DNA of 64,000 nucleotides from Armatimonadota bacterium. Its GTDB lineage: Bacteria; Armatimonadota; Armatimonadia; Armatimonadales; Armatimonadaceae. The translations under genes were made by a program, and so were the position numbers. The notes under the pieces are model-generated. The model saw nothing but the letters and a program-made list of their open reading frames with translations, was not told the DNA's origin and ran no database searches. Of the stretch, positions 8,227 through 17,709 are shown in pieces. Location: positions 32,001-96,000 of the forward strand of contig JAYUUO010000150.1 in NCBI GenBank assembly GCA_043754515.1, in the 5' to 3' direction. Numbering within the stretch: the stretch's first letter is position 1; each line of letters begins with the position of its first letter.

Positions 8227-10065
8227 ATGACACGAAAAATACCTCCTCTCGCCGTCCGTCTGAGTCTCTCAAATGTCGCGCGGTTCGTCAAGAAACGCGG
8301 GTTGAAACCCACGTCTGTAGGCACTCCGTGCCGAACGTCCTCTGGACGGGGATGGCTTCACTTGCCCCTGGTGGGCGACCACGCGACTTTAGCGATCCCT
8401 TTATTTTTGCTCCTGCTTCTCTCGCTGTCGGCCTGCCGTACCGAAGGGCAGGTCGTCGCGCCTCGCCCGGACGCTACCACGCGGTGGCCACTTCCGAAGG
8501 CGGCGGGCAAGTCGCGCCGGGTTCCCGCTGCCGTCCGGGAAGCCGTGCCCGCGCTTCGGACGTTCACCAACCCCATCGTCACCTCGCGCGACGCCGCCGA
8601 CCCGTGGCTCGCCTACCGGAACGGCTATTACTACTTCACCTTCACCGTCGGCAAGAGCGTTGAGGTTTGGAAGTCTCCTTCCTTGACCGCGCTAGACAAA
8701 GGCACGAAGGTCACGGTCTGGCGGGCACCGGACAAGGGGCCGAACGCCGAGGATGTCTGGGCTCCGGAGATCCACTTCCTGGACGGCAGATGGTACATCT
8801 ACTACACCGCGTCGGATGGGAACGACTTGCACCGCCGCCAGTTCGTTCTGGAGTCTGTTACGGACGATCCGCAGGGGGCGTACACCGAGAAGGGGCGGAT
8901 AGTGGTTCCCGGCACCGACGTTTACGCGATTGACGGCACCGTGGCCCAACTACCGGGGGGCGGCCTGTACTTCTTCTGGTCGGGACGCGCTCAGGACGCG
9001 CCGGGAACGCAGAATATCTATGTCGCGCCGATGAAGAACCCGTGGACGCTTTCCGGGAACCGCGTCCTGCTGTCCGAGCCGACGTTCGACTGGGAGCGGC
9101 GCGGCTGGCCCGTGAACGAAGGGCCGGAAGTCCTCACGCGCGGCGGGAAGACGTTCATGATCTACTCCGCGAGCGGCGGCACGACGCCGGACTACTGTCT
9201 GGGGATGTTGACCAACACGGACGGGAACCTGCTCCGCCCCGAGTCCTGGAGCAAGTCCACCGTGCCGGTTTTCCGCAAGTATAGCGGCCGCGACGGCGTG
9301 GTCTACACGCCGGGCCATAACGGCTTCTGTCTGTCGCCGGACCGTACACAGAACTGGATCGTGTACCACGGCAAAGAGGGGATTGACAACACCTGGCGTG
9401 GGAGGACGGCGCGTGCGCAACAGTTCGTCTGGAACAGCGAGGGCGTGCCGTACTTCGGACACCCGGTTCCCGCCGGGGTGCCGCTCGCGGTTCCTTCGGA
9501 CGACGGCGCGGGTGGGCGCGCACCCCGCGCTATTCAGGGGACGGGCTTGACCGGCGAGTATTTCGCGGGGGGCGCGCCGGGGGAAGGGATGCCGCGGAGA
9601 ACGCGCCTGGACCCGGTTATCGGGTTCCAGTGGGGCGGGGCGACTGACGCGGCGACGCCTGGTACGTCGGTGCGCTGGCACGGCGCGGTGGTGCCCCGAT
9701 TCGATGACACCTATACGTTGCAGACTTACTCGGAGGGTGGCGTCCGCGTGTGGGTAAACGGCAAGATGCTGATTGATGACTGGGACGAGCATCCATTGAC
9801 TGCCGACGAGGGAACGGTGTCGCTGGCCGCGAACAAGCCGCATGACCTGCGTGTGGAGTACCGCGCCGGGAAGAACGCTTCCAATATCATGCTCGCGTGG
9901 TCCAGTCCGCGCCAGCCCTTCGAGATCATCCCGGCGCGGGCACTGTTCCCCGCAACGCGGACAGCGGGGCGCGGCGTACCCGGCGGCGTAACGGTGGTCT
10001 CGCGCTCACGCTGGGTCCGCGGCGCGGGCCGGCGCGTGGTAAACGTAAAGGCGGCCGATAAGTGA
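8227..10065 (+). CDS. GH43 glycoside hydrolase (arabinofuranosidase/xylosidase-like) with C-terminal PA14 domain; lipoprotein, true start probably later
   Basis: 'AADPW', 'WAPEIH', 'AIDGT', 'VNEGP', 'PGHNGF'. PA14 'GTGLTGEYF…SVRWHG…GVRVWVNG'. Lipobox 'LSAC'. Confidence 0.88.
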   Translation: MTRKIPPLAVRLSLSNVARFVKKRGLKPTSVGTPCRTSSGRGWLHLPLVGDHATLAIPLFLLLLLSLSACRTEGQVVAPRPDATTRWPLPKAAGKSRRVPAAVREAVPALRTFTNPIVTSRDAADPWLAYRNGYYYFTFTVGKSVEVWKSPSLTALDKGTKVTVWRAPDKGPNAEDVWAPEIHFLDGRWYIYYTASDGNDLHRRQFVLESVTDDPQGAYTEKGRIVVPGTDVYAIDGTVAQLPGGGLYFFWSGRAQDAPGTQNIYVAPMKNPWTLSGNRVLLSEPTFDWERRGWPVNEGPEVLTRGGKTFMIYSASGGTTPDYCLGMLTNTDGNLLRPESWSKSTVPVFRKYSGRDGVVYTPGHNGFCLSPDRTQNWIVYHGKEGIDNTWRGRTARAQQFVWNSEGVPYFGHPVPAGVPLAVPSDDGAGGRAPRAIQGTGLTGEYFAGGAPGEGMPRRTRLDPVIGFQWGGATDAATPGTSVRWHGAVVPRFDDTYTLQTYSEGGVRVWVNGKMLIDDWDEHPLTADEGTVSLAANKPHDLRVEYRAGKNASNIMLAWSSPRQPFEIIPARALFPATRTAGRGVPGGVTVVSRSRWVRGAGRRVVNVKAADK

Positions 10066-11051
10066 CGTTAAGTTATACGAACCCCGTTTGGGACGGGTAC
10101 ATGGCGGACCCATTCGTGCTAACAACGCGGGGCGGGTACTATGCGTACGGCACAGGCGATGTGTCCCGCGATGGCCGCCGGTTCCCGGTGCTCTTTTCGC
10201 GCGATCTGGCGAACTGGGAGTCGGTCGGCGGCGCGCTGGAGCCGTCGGTGCACCTGCCTGATGACGCGGATTATTGGGCACCCGCCGCCGCCGAGCGCGA
10301 TGGGCAGTTTTTGCTTTACTACTCGGCGGCACCGGCGGGAGAATTTATACGGCAGCGGTTGCGGGTCGCGACCGCGTCGCGGCCCGACGGCCCGTTCCGT
10401 GATCTGGGCTATGAGATGCTACCGGAGGATGGGTTTTCGATAGACGCGCACCCGTTCACCGACCCGCGCGACGGCGGCCATTACCTTTTCTTCGCCCGTG
10501 ATTACCTTGATGGGGAACGGCCTGGCACGGGCCTCGCCGTCGCGCGTCTCGCGGACGACTTGATGACCGTTATCGGCGATTCGCGTCCGATCCTGCGCCC
10601 GTACGCCGACTGGCAGATATTCGAGCGGGAGCGGGACCTGTATGGACACCGATGGGCGGCGTGGCACACGCTGGAAGGGCCTTGCGTGATCGAGCGCGGC
10701 GGGCTTTATTACTGCTTCTTTTCGGGCGGCTGTTGGGAGGGCGCGGGGTACCGTGTCTCCTACGCCGTGTCGGAGCATCCCCTCGGCCCCTGGATTCCGG
10801 CACCGACATCCGGTAGTGAGACCGATCGGGGCACGCTACTGCGAACCGAGCCGGAGGGGGTGCTTATCGGCCCCGGCCATAACACGGTGGCGACCGCGCC
10901 CGACGGCGAGACCCAGTTCATCGTATACCACGCCTGGGATAGCGACCGAACTGCCCGCCGGATGTGTCTTGACGTACTCCATTGGGAGAACGGTGTGCCG
11001 CGTTGCAACGGGCCGACGCATGAACCGCGACGAGTGCCACTCCGCGACTGA
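10062..11051 (+). CDS. GH43 glycoside hydrolase, cytoplasmic
   Basis: 'MADPFVL', 'YWAPA', 'SIDAHPF', 'TLEGP', 'GPGHN'. Confidence 0.9.
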   Translation: MTLSYTNPVWDGYMADPFVLTTRGGYYAYGTGDVSRDGRRFPVLFSRDLANWESVGGALEPSVHLPDDADYWAPAAAERDGQFLLYYSAAPAGEFIRQRLRVATASRPDGPFRDLGYEMLPEDGFSIDAHPFTDPRDGGHYLFFARDYLDGERPGTGLAVARLADDLMTVIGDSRPILRPYADWQIFERERDLYGHRWAAWHTLEGPCVIERGGLYYCFFSGGCWEGAGYRVSYAVSEHPLGPWIPAPTSGSETDRGTLLRTEPEGVLIGPGHNTVATAPDGETQFIVYHAWDSDRTARRMCLDVLHWENGVPRCNGPTHEPRRVPLRD

Positions 11052-11123
11052 CCTGGTGCCAGGTGTTACCACGGGCGAACTGCGGTTTGGCGCGTACGCC
11101 ATGGGCGCGGTATTGTGAGAGCC

Positions 11124-11927
11124 ATGACGGAAACTGTAAGCGGTATCAAGCATCCGGCGTTCCGGGACGCCCTCGCGCTGACCCGGCAGGGCGGGCGCGA
11201 GGCGACCGGGCGATATTTAGTCGAGGACGCGGATCAGGTCGCGCAGGCACTGCGTTCGTCCTGTGATGTTCACGCCGTGTTCTGCGCCCCGGAGTCGGTC
11301 GGTGCGCTTACGCCGCTCTGTGAGGCCCGAGGGGTGCCGATATACGCGTTGGGCGGGGGGCTCATCACCAAACTGCTCGGCACCGCCTATGCGACGGCGA
11401 CAACGGCGGTCGCCGCCGTGTCCAAGCGCGTAATGACGCTTGAGGCGGTGCTGGAAGCCCGCCCCGACGCCCTGCTCCTCGTCGCGGAGCGGATCCAGGA
11501 CCCGCGCAACGTCGGCGTGCTGGTACGCACGGCGGAAGCGGCGGGTTGCGCCGCGCTGGTGCTGTCGTCCGATTCGGCGGAGCCGTGGTCGCGGCAGGCG
11601 GTGCGCTCCACGACCGGCTCGATACTGCGTCTCCCGCTGGTGATCGCGGACAAACTGTCGGCGACGCTTTCGTCATACCGGCACGGCGGGTTACGTATCA
11701 TCGCCACATCCGCGAAGGCCCCCGATCTCGCCTACGCCGCCGACTTGTCCGTCCGCCCGCTCGCGCTCGCGGTCGGCAATGAAAGCGACGGCATCAGCGA
11801 TGCGCTCCGCGCGGTCGCGTCGGACTTCGTCCGGCTCCCGATGGCACCCGGCGGCGCGTCATCGCTCAATGTCACGGTCGCGGCGGGCGTGCTGGTGTAC
11901 GAGGCGGTGCGGCAGGGAATGCATTAG
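11124..11927 (+). CDS. TrmH/SpoU family RNA methyltransferase
   Basis: 'IQDPRNVGVLVRTAEAAG', 'GNESDGI', 'SLNVTVAAG'. ATG 11124 lies 7 nt after TATTGT. Confidence 0.9.
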   Translation: MTETVSGIKHPAFRDALALTRQGGREATGRYLVEDADQVAQALRSSCDVHAVFCAPESVGALTPLCEARGVPIYALGGGLITKLLGTAYATATTAVAAVSKRVMTLEAVLEARPDALLLVAERIQDPRNVGVLVRTAEAAGCAALVLSSDSAEPWSRQAVRSTTGSILRLPLVIADKLSATLSSYRHGGLRIIATSAKAPDLAYAADLSVRPLALAVGNESDGISDALRAVASDFVRLPMAPGGASSLNVTVAAGVLVYEAVRQGMH

Positions 11928-11945
11928 ACGATGTCCCACAACCGA

Positions 11946-12527
11946 TCACGCTTTGCCCGTGGAACCGGGACGATGGACGGGAATCGCCGCCAGCCACTCC
12001 GGCACCACGTCAGGCGCGAAGGACTCCACCTGTAGCGAAAGCAGGGCGACGACGGGCACGTCCCCAAAAGTCACCGCGCCGCCCGAGCGATCCACGAGTA
12101 AGCCTACCGCGCACAGTATCGCGCCTCGCCTCTTGACTAGCTCGATGCACTCGCGCACCGAACCGCCTGTGGTTAACACGTCGTCTACCACCGCGACCCG
12201 CGCCCCCGGCGCGATATGCTCCGGGCGGCGCAGGAACCGATTGCCGTCCGCGCCCTTCTCGCCGTACGCGGCGGGAACGCCGAGATGCTTCGCCGTCTCG
12301 TAAGCCAATAAAACCCCGAGGGTGGTAGGGCCGAGCACCACGTCGGGGCGGAAGGGCGCGAGACGGGCGGCGAGTTCGCGGCACAGCGTTTCCACATGAC
12401 GCGGCTGATTGAGCACATGAAACTTCTCGAAGTAGCGGGAAGAGTGGTTGCCGCTGGTGAGGACGAAGTGCCCGGTGAGCAAAGCCCCGGACTGCTCGAA
12501 AATCTGGAGGACGTCGGTATCGGTCAT
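11946..12527 (-). CDS. pyrE: orotate phosphoribosyltransferase
   Basis: 'GHFVLTSGNHSSRYFEK', PRPP loop 'VVDDVLTTGGS'. Start taken at MTDTDV. Confidence 0.93.
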   Translation of the reverse strand: MTDTDVLQIFEQSGALLTGHFVLTSGNHSSRYFEKFHVLNQPRHVETLCRELAARLAPFRPDVVLGPTTLGVLLAYETAKHLGVPAAYGEKGADGNRFLRRPEHIAPGARVAVVDDVLTTGGSVRECIELVKRRGAILCAVGLLVDRSGGAVTFGDVPVVALLSLQVESFAPDVVPEWLAAIPVHRPGSTGKA

Positions 12528-12635
12528 GCCCTGCGTTATACCACCGCCCTCCGTGTTCATGCCTGTTCCTTCTTCCGCCGAAGCGGTCACACGCAATCGC
12601 GCCCACGTCCTCAAAACGAAAGAGCGGCGAGGCGG

Positions 12636-13082
12636 TCATTGTGTGAAAGAGATGATCGCCTTCGGCGCGTGATACTTCGCGGGCCAATCCTCGTACTCCA
12701 CGTCAGTCACCCACGCGGCTTTGTCTACTAGTTTCCACTTCCCATGTATCTTGTGAAACAGGGCGGTTATCGAGTTCGAGTTGCCCTCGGGGTTGAGACC
12801 CGCCTTCGCGAAGTCGAGTGGCTTTCCGCCTGGTTGTAGCGCGACGACGTCCACGAACGCCCAATCCTTTATAATGTTGAACCCGGTGACCTTGAAAATC
12901 ACTTTCTGGTGCGCCTCCTTCTCGACGCCGGGTCGCAACAGATTGAGAATGGTCTTCCGCAAAGGATCGCCGACCTTCGCAGTGATCGGGCCATCCTGCG
13001 CCGCCGCGCCGCGACACAACAGGAGCAAGACGCAGACAGTCGGCACTGTTACGGCGGTTCCCCGAATCGAGTAGTTGTTCAT
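12636..13082 (-). CDS. secreted hypothetical protein
   Basis: Signal peptide 'LLLCRGAAA-Q' and protein-like composition. Confidence 0.7.
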   Translation of the reverse strand: MNNYSIRGTAVTVPTVCVLLLLCRGAAAQDGPITAKVGDPLRKTILNLLRPGVEKEAHQKVIFKVTGFNIIKDWAFVDVVALQPGGKPLDFAKAGLNPEGNSNSITALFHKIHGKWKLVDKAAWVTDVEYEDWPAKYHAPKAIISFTQ

Positions 13083-13139
13083 GGCTCACTGTACCCTATA
13101 GCGTGGGGCGTCACTCTCAAAAACGTCAACTGTGCCCTG

Positions 13140-13775
13140 TCACCGGTCGGCGTTATTCCGCAGCGGCTGGACATTTCGCTCCTCGGGCGGGATCGCAGTC
13201 CACCACCGGGTAGCGGGCAGGACGGACGCGCCGTTCACAAAGGCGGGGACGGGAACCGGAACAGCCGCGAACCGCGCCCGCGCCGCTTCGAGGAGCGACA
13301 GCGCCTCCGCGACAGGAATCCCGATGTCATTCTGCCCCACGATACAGGGAGTGCCGTGAACCGGGACGCTCCCCGCTAGCAAGGCGCGTTTGGCTTTCGG
13401 GAGGCGGTCCAAATAGGCGAGCGGGTCATGGAGATGAATCAGCAACGCTGGTTGACCGCTCACAGTCGCCTCCGCGAAGCCAGAAATCTCATGCCAGTGG
13501 ACGAGGCCACCATGCGCGGTCCCGGTGGCATCCGTTATTCCTTCCGCGTCCCCGAGTAGCGCGGGCACCGTCCAGGTCGCTACCCAGTTAGAAAGGCTGA
13601 ACAGGAAAACTAACAGGCAAGGAATTGCTAATATAAGGTAGGGGGGAGAAGCCCAACTGCTAACGAAAAGGAAAAAGATCACCGCCAGTTGAAGAGCGGC
13701 ATTGAACAGTACGCTACCGATGTTAGCGGGGATGCGAACTACTCCTCCTTCGTCCATGGGGGTGTCACCTGTCAT
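13140..13775 (-). CDS. STM3941-like membrane protein, paralogue 1
   Basis: Two TM helices, then 'PALLGDAEGITDATG…VHWHEI…DPLAYLDRLP'. Confidence 0.65.
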   Translation of the reverse strand: MTGDTPMDEGGVVRIPANIGSVLFNAALQLAVIFFLFVSSWASPPYLILAIPCLLVFLFSLSNWVATWTVPALLGDAEGITDATGTAHGGLVHWHEISGFAEATVSGQPALLIHLHDPLAYLDRLPKAKRALLAGSVPVHGTPCIVGQNDIGIPVAEALSLLEAARARFAAVPVPVPAFVNGASVLPATRWWTAIPPEERNVQPLRNNADR

Positions 13776-13816
13776 AATGGAAATATTGTACCACCGGCAC
13801 CGTTAAAAACCGTCGG

Positions 13817-14440
13817 CTACCGGTCGCGTCGAACCGCGACCACGGCGCGTTCTTCGGGCGGAACCGCCGTCCACCAGTGGCGGGTCGTACCCGCGTCAGG
13901 TGACACGCACCCCGCCTCCCGCGACGCACGCCATGTCGCCTCGACGAGTGCTCGTACCTCGTTCAACGGGATGGCCAGCTCCTCCTCCGACACCAGGAAC
14001 GGCGACCCGAACATGGTGACGTTCGCGGACAGGAGCGACCGCTTCCAGAGGGGCAGTCGGGCGAGGTACGCCGCGTCGTCGGTCAGTTCGATGGCGAGTG
14101 ATGTGTGTCCGCGTATCCGTACCTGCGACACCGACCATATCTCGCTCCAGCGCGCCATGCCGCCCGTGACGATGCCGGTCGCGTCCGTGATTCCCTCGTC
14201 CGTCAGCAGAAGGGCAGGGGTGGTGTTAGCGCGGCACCACTTGGCTAGATCCATCGCGCCCGCGACGATGCCATAAGAACCCAGTGCCCCGATGAAGAGA
14301 GCCGCTACCAAAATCGCCCCGCCAGGCTTCCCGCTCGCGAGCAACAGCCCCACGTCGGCAAGCGAAATCGCCCCGAGGAGGAGCATGGAGATACCGGCTC
14401 GGTACAGGGCGGAGTTGGCGGGGATCAGGATAGGTTTCAC
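13817..14440 (-). CDS. STM3941-like membrane protein, paralogue 2
   Basis: Two TM helices, then 'PALLLTDEGITDATG…ARWSEI…DDAAYLARLP'. Clearly similar to its neighbour. Confidence 0.65.
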   Translation of the reverse strand: MKPILIPANSALYRAGISMLLLGAISLADVGLLLASGKPGGAILVAALFIGALGSYGIVAGAMDLAKWCRANTTPALLLTDEGITDATGIVTGGMARWSEIWSVSQVRIRGHTSLAIELTDDAAYLARLPLWKRSLLSANVTMFGSPFLVSEEELAIPLNEVRALVEATWRASREAGCVSPDAGTTRHWWTAVPPEERAVVAVRRDR

Positions 14441-14586
14441 AAGTGGCCTCTCATGTCAACGCTCGCGCGGCGCGGGCGTTTGTACGATTATACAACGTGC
14501 CGACCGGCTAAAAGTCACCGACGATGGATAGTTTTCCGCGGTGCCGAAGCCGCATGGGGTGACAGATAGGGTGCTATAATCAGAGC

Positions 14587-15618
14587 GTGATTCATGCCCC
14601 CGAAAAAAACCGCGTGGCCGATGACGTACTGCTCGCCGTCGGCAGACGCACCCTGACCGAGGCCGCCGACGCGCTCCACCAGATAAGTGGCCGCCTCGGC
14701 GCGGACTTCGCCCGCGCCGCCCGACTTATGCTCGCCTGCGACGGGCGCGTTGTCGTCACCGGAATGGGCAAGTCCGGGCTGATCGGGCGCAAGATCGCGG
14801 CGACGCTTGCGTCAACGGGCACCCCCGCGCTCTTCTTGCACCCCGCCGAGGCGTTGCATGGCGACCTCGGCATGATCGCGCCGGGTCGGGATGTGGCCCT
14901 CGCGCTGTCCTATTCGGGCGAGACCGACGAACTGCGGGCGATATTGCCCGCCCTGAAACGCCGCGCCACCGCCCTGATAGCGGTCACCGGCAATGTGAGA
15001 TCGTCGCTCGCCCGTGCCGCCGATGTCGCGCTCGATGCACGGGTGCCGAAAGAGGCATGCCCACATAACCTCGCGCCGACCACCTCGACTACCGCCATGC
15101 TCGCGCTCGGCGACGCGCTGGCCCTCGCGGTGATGGAGGCGCGGAACTTCTCCCAAAGTGACTACGCTCTTTTGCATCCCGCCGGGTCGCTGGGACGCCG
15201 CCTCCTCCTGCATGTCGGTGATGTGATGCGTACCGGCGATTCGCTCGCCGTGATTGGGGAGGAGGCCTTGCTCGCCGATGCCCTGTTCGCGATCACGAAG
15301 GCGGGTGCCGGTGCCGCCTGCGTGTCGGACGGGCGTGGCAAACTTTCTGGCATTCTGACCGACGGGGATATACGCCGCTTCCTGCTCCGCGTCGGTGACG
15401 GGGCGTTGAAGCGTTCCGTCGCCGACGCGATGAGTCGGAACCCACGCGTCACATCCCCGGACAGGCTCGCGGTCGAGGCTATGGATCAGTTCGAGAACGA
15501 ATCGGTGCGTCCCGGCGATCTACCGGTCGTGTCGGAGGATGGTCGCCCGGTCGGGATGCTAATGCTCAAAGATCTGGTTCGCGCTGGGATTGTCCTGCCC
15601 GACGGCGGTATGTCGTGA
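14587..15618 (+). CDS. kdsD: arabinose-5-phosphate isomerase (KpsF/GutQ; SIS plus CBS domains)
   Basis: 'VVVTGMGKSGLIGRKIAATLASTGTP', 'HPAEALHGDLG', 'APTTSTT', CBS pair. Confidence 0.93.
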   Translation: MIHAPEKNRVADDVLLAVGRRTLTEAADALHQISGRLGADFARAARLMLACDGRVVVTGMGKSGLIGRKIAATLASTGTPALFLHPAEALHGDLGMIAPGRDVALALSYSGETDELRAILPALKRRATALIAVTGNVRSSLARAADVALDARVPKEACPHNLAPTTSTTAMLALGDALALAVMEARNFSQSDYALLHPAGSLGRRLLLHVGDVMRTGDSLAVIGEEALLADALFAITKAGAGAACVSDGRGKLSGILTDGDIRRFLLRVGDGALKRSVADAMSRNPRVTSPDRLAVEAMDQFENESVRPGDLPVVSEDGRPVGMLMLKDLVRAGIVLPDGGMS

Positions 15619-16196
15619 CGCAGGCCATCGAAGCGGCGTCCCCGAGCGTGACCGAACGCCTCGCCCGTGTCCGGCTCCTCGCGCTCGACGTGGACGGCAC
15701 ACTGACCGACGGCGCGGTGACTTTCACCGACGACGGGCGCGAACTCAAAACCTTCCATATCCGCGATGGCCTGGGGATCGTGATGGCGTCGCTGGTCGGT
15801 CTGCAGACGGCGTGGATTACCGGACGGATGTCGCCCATCGTGGAGCGTCGCGCCCGCGAACTGGGGGTGTTGCATCTGCGGCAGGGGGTGCGCGATAAGG
15901 CCGGAGAACTGGCGCGGCTCGCGGCGCAACTCGGCGTCGCGCCGGACGCCGTGGCGTATATGGGCGATGACTGGAACGATCTGCCCGCATTCAGGGTCGC
16001 CGGGGTGTGTATTGCGCCCGCCGATGCCGATCCGCTCCTCCTCGCCGCTGCGCACTATGTCACCCTTCGGAACGGCGGGCGGGGGGCGGTGCGCGACGCG
16101 ATCACGGCAATCCTCGAAGCCCGGAACGAATATGCCATTGCGCAAACCCTTTACCTGGCGTCGCTCGCGGCTCCGGCGGCGGGGAGCGGCCAGTAA
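15615..16196 (+). CDS. kdsC: KDO-8-phosphate phosphatase (HAD family)
   Basis: 'LALDVDGTLTDG', 'FHIRDGLGI', 'YMGDDWNDLP', 'GGRGAVRD'. Confidence 0.92.
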   Translation: MTQAIEAASPSVTERLARVRLLALDVDGTLTDGAVTFTDDGRELKTFHIRDGLGIVMASLVGLQTAWITGRMSPIVERRARELGVLHLRQGVRDKAGELARLAAQLGVAPDAVAYMGDDWNDLPAFRVAGVCIAPADADPLLLAAAHYVTLRNGGRGAVRDAITAILEARNEYAIAQTLYLASLAAPAAGSGQ

Positions 16197-16287
16197 AGTC
16201 GCGACCCTGAGTGACGCCCATTCAAGCGCATCAGAATAGCCTGCCTTTTTTGCATCCCGCCCCCGCGCGGCGATACAGTTTACAATC

Positions 16288-17628
16288 ATGGAACGGATCA
16301 TACTCTCCTACCCGCCGACCGCCGTCCTGATGCTGGTCGGCCCGTCCGGCTCGGGCAAGTCCACGTTCGCCCGCACGCATTTCCTGCCGACCGAAGTCCT
16401 CGCCTCCGACGAGTGCCGCGCCCGCGTTGCCGACGACCCCGCCGCGCAACAGGTCACGGAAGACGCGTTCGCGCTCTTGCACTTCACGCTGGATTTGAGA
16501 TTGAAGCACCTCCGGTTTACTGTGGTGGACTCGACCGCGCTCAAACCGTCCGCCCGCGCCCAGATCCGCGAAACCGCCGCGAAACGGCACGTCCCCGTCT
16601 ACGCGCTGATTCTGGACGTGCCGCTCGACGAGTGCATCCGCCGCGACGAGAACCGCGCCGACCGCTCCGTGGGGGCGAAGGTGATCACGCGTCAGTATGC
16701 GACGTTCGAGCAGGCGCGGCGTGAGCTTCCGAAGGACACGTCGCTCGCCGGGGTGGAAACACTGACGCCGGAGACGGTATATGGGGTTCAGATCACGCGC
16801 GGTGCGTCCGCCGTGTCGGGGAGCCGCTTTGACGTCATCGGCGACATCCACGGATGCTACGGCGAATTGTGTGACCTGCTTGCCGAGTTGCGGTATGAGT
16901 GGGGCGCGAAGGACGGCCTGCCGCGCCACCCGGATGGCCGCGTTCCTGTCTTCGTCGGCGACCTCGCCGATCGGGGGCCGGACTCGCCCGCCGTGCTCAA
17001 ACTCGCCTGCCACCTCGTCGCGACCGGGCTTGCTCTGTTCGCGCCCGGCAACCACGACGACAAACTGTTCCGCTTCCTGAAAGGCGCCAATGTCACGCGT
17101 ACGCACGGCCTAGATCTGACTATCGCGCAGTGGGACGCGCTCCCGCTCGCCGAGCGGGACGCGCTGACGACGGATATTCTGACCTACCTCGCGCCCGCGC
17201 CGACGCACTTGGTGCTCGATAATGGACACTTGATCGTCGCGCACGCCGGGATCCGCGAAGAGTGGGTCGGCCAGCACCACGCGTCCGTGAAGTCGTTCAC
17301 GCTCTACGGCGATGTGCGCGGGTTCGAGCCGGGCACGAACAAGCCCATTCGGCATGACTGGGCGGGGGAGTATGTCGGCGCGGCGTTCATCGCGTACGGG
17401 CACACGCCGCGTCCCGACCTCGACTGGCAGACAGACCCCGAAACGGGTCGGCGGTTCGTTGCCGTGCCGGTCGTCAACAACACGGTGAACCTGGACACCG
17501 GTTGCGTTTTCGGCGGGGCGTTGACTGCGCTTCGCTACCCGGAGCGCGACCTGTACTCGGTCCCGGCACGTGCGGCGTACGCGGAACACGAGAACCTGCC
17601 ATATTCGCGGGAGACAGCGGCGGGCTAG
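16288..17628 (+). CDS. polynucleotide kinase-phosphatase-like protein (P-loop kinase plus metallophosphoesterase, no ligase domain)
   Basis: 'GPSGSGKST', 'SDECRARVADD', 'GDIHGC', 'GDLADRGPDS', 'GNHD', 'YGHTP', 'DTGCVFGGALTALRYPE'. Confidence 0.88.
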   Translation: MERIILSYPPTAVLMLVGPSGSGKSTFARTHFLPTEVLASDECRARVADDPAAQQVTEDAFALLHFTLDLRLKHLRFTVVDSTALKPSARAQIRETAAKRHVPVYALILDVPLDECIRRDENRADRSVGAKVITRQYATFEQARRELPKDTSLAGVETLTPETVYGVQITRGASAVSGSRFDVIGDIHGCYGELCDLLAELRYEWGAKDGLPRHPDGRVPVFVGDLADRGPDSPAVLKLACHLVATGLALFAPGNHDDKLFRFLKGANVTRTHGLDLTIAQWDALPLAERDALTTDILTYLAPAPTHLVLDNGHLIVAHAGIREEWVGQHHASVKSFTLYGDVRGFEPGTNKPIRHDWAGEYVGAAFIAYGHTPRPDLDWQTDPETGRRFVAVPVVNNTVNLDTGCVFGGALTALRYPERDLYSVPARAAYAEHENLPYSRETAAG

Positions 17629-17653
17629 GCGCGCCTGCGAACAGGGCCTGACG

Positions 17654-17693
17654 AAAAACAAAGACGCCCCGCCGAACTCCGGCGGGGCGTCTT
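17654..17693 (-). terminator. intrinsic terminator of the TonB operon (possibly bidirectional)
   Basis: 14-bp stem AAGACGCCCCGCCG/CGGCGGGGCGTCTT followed by TGTTTTT on the minus strand, between convergent genes. Confidence 0.8.
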
Positions 17694-17709
17694 CCACAGG
17701 CATCAGCCT

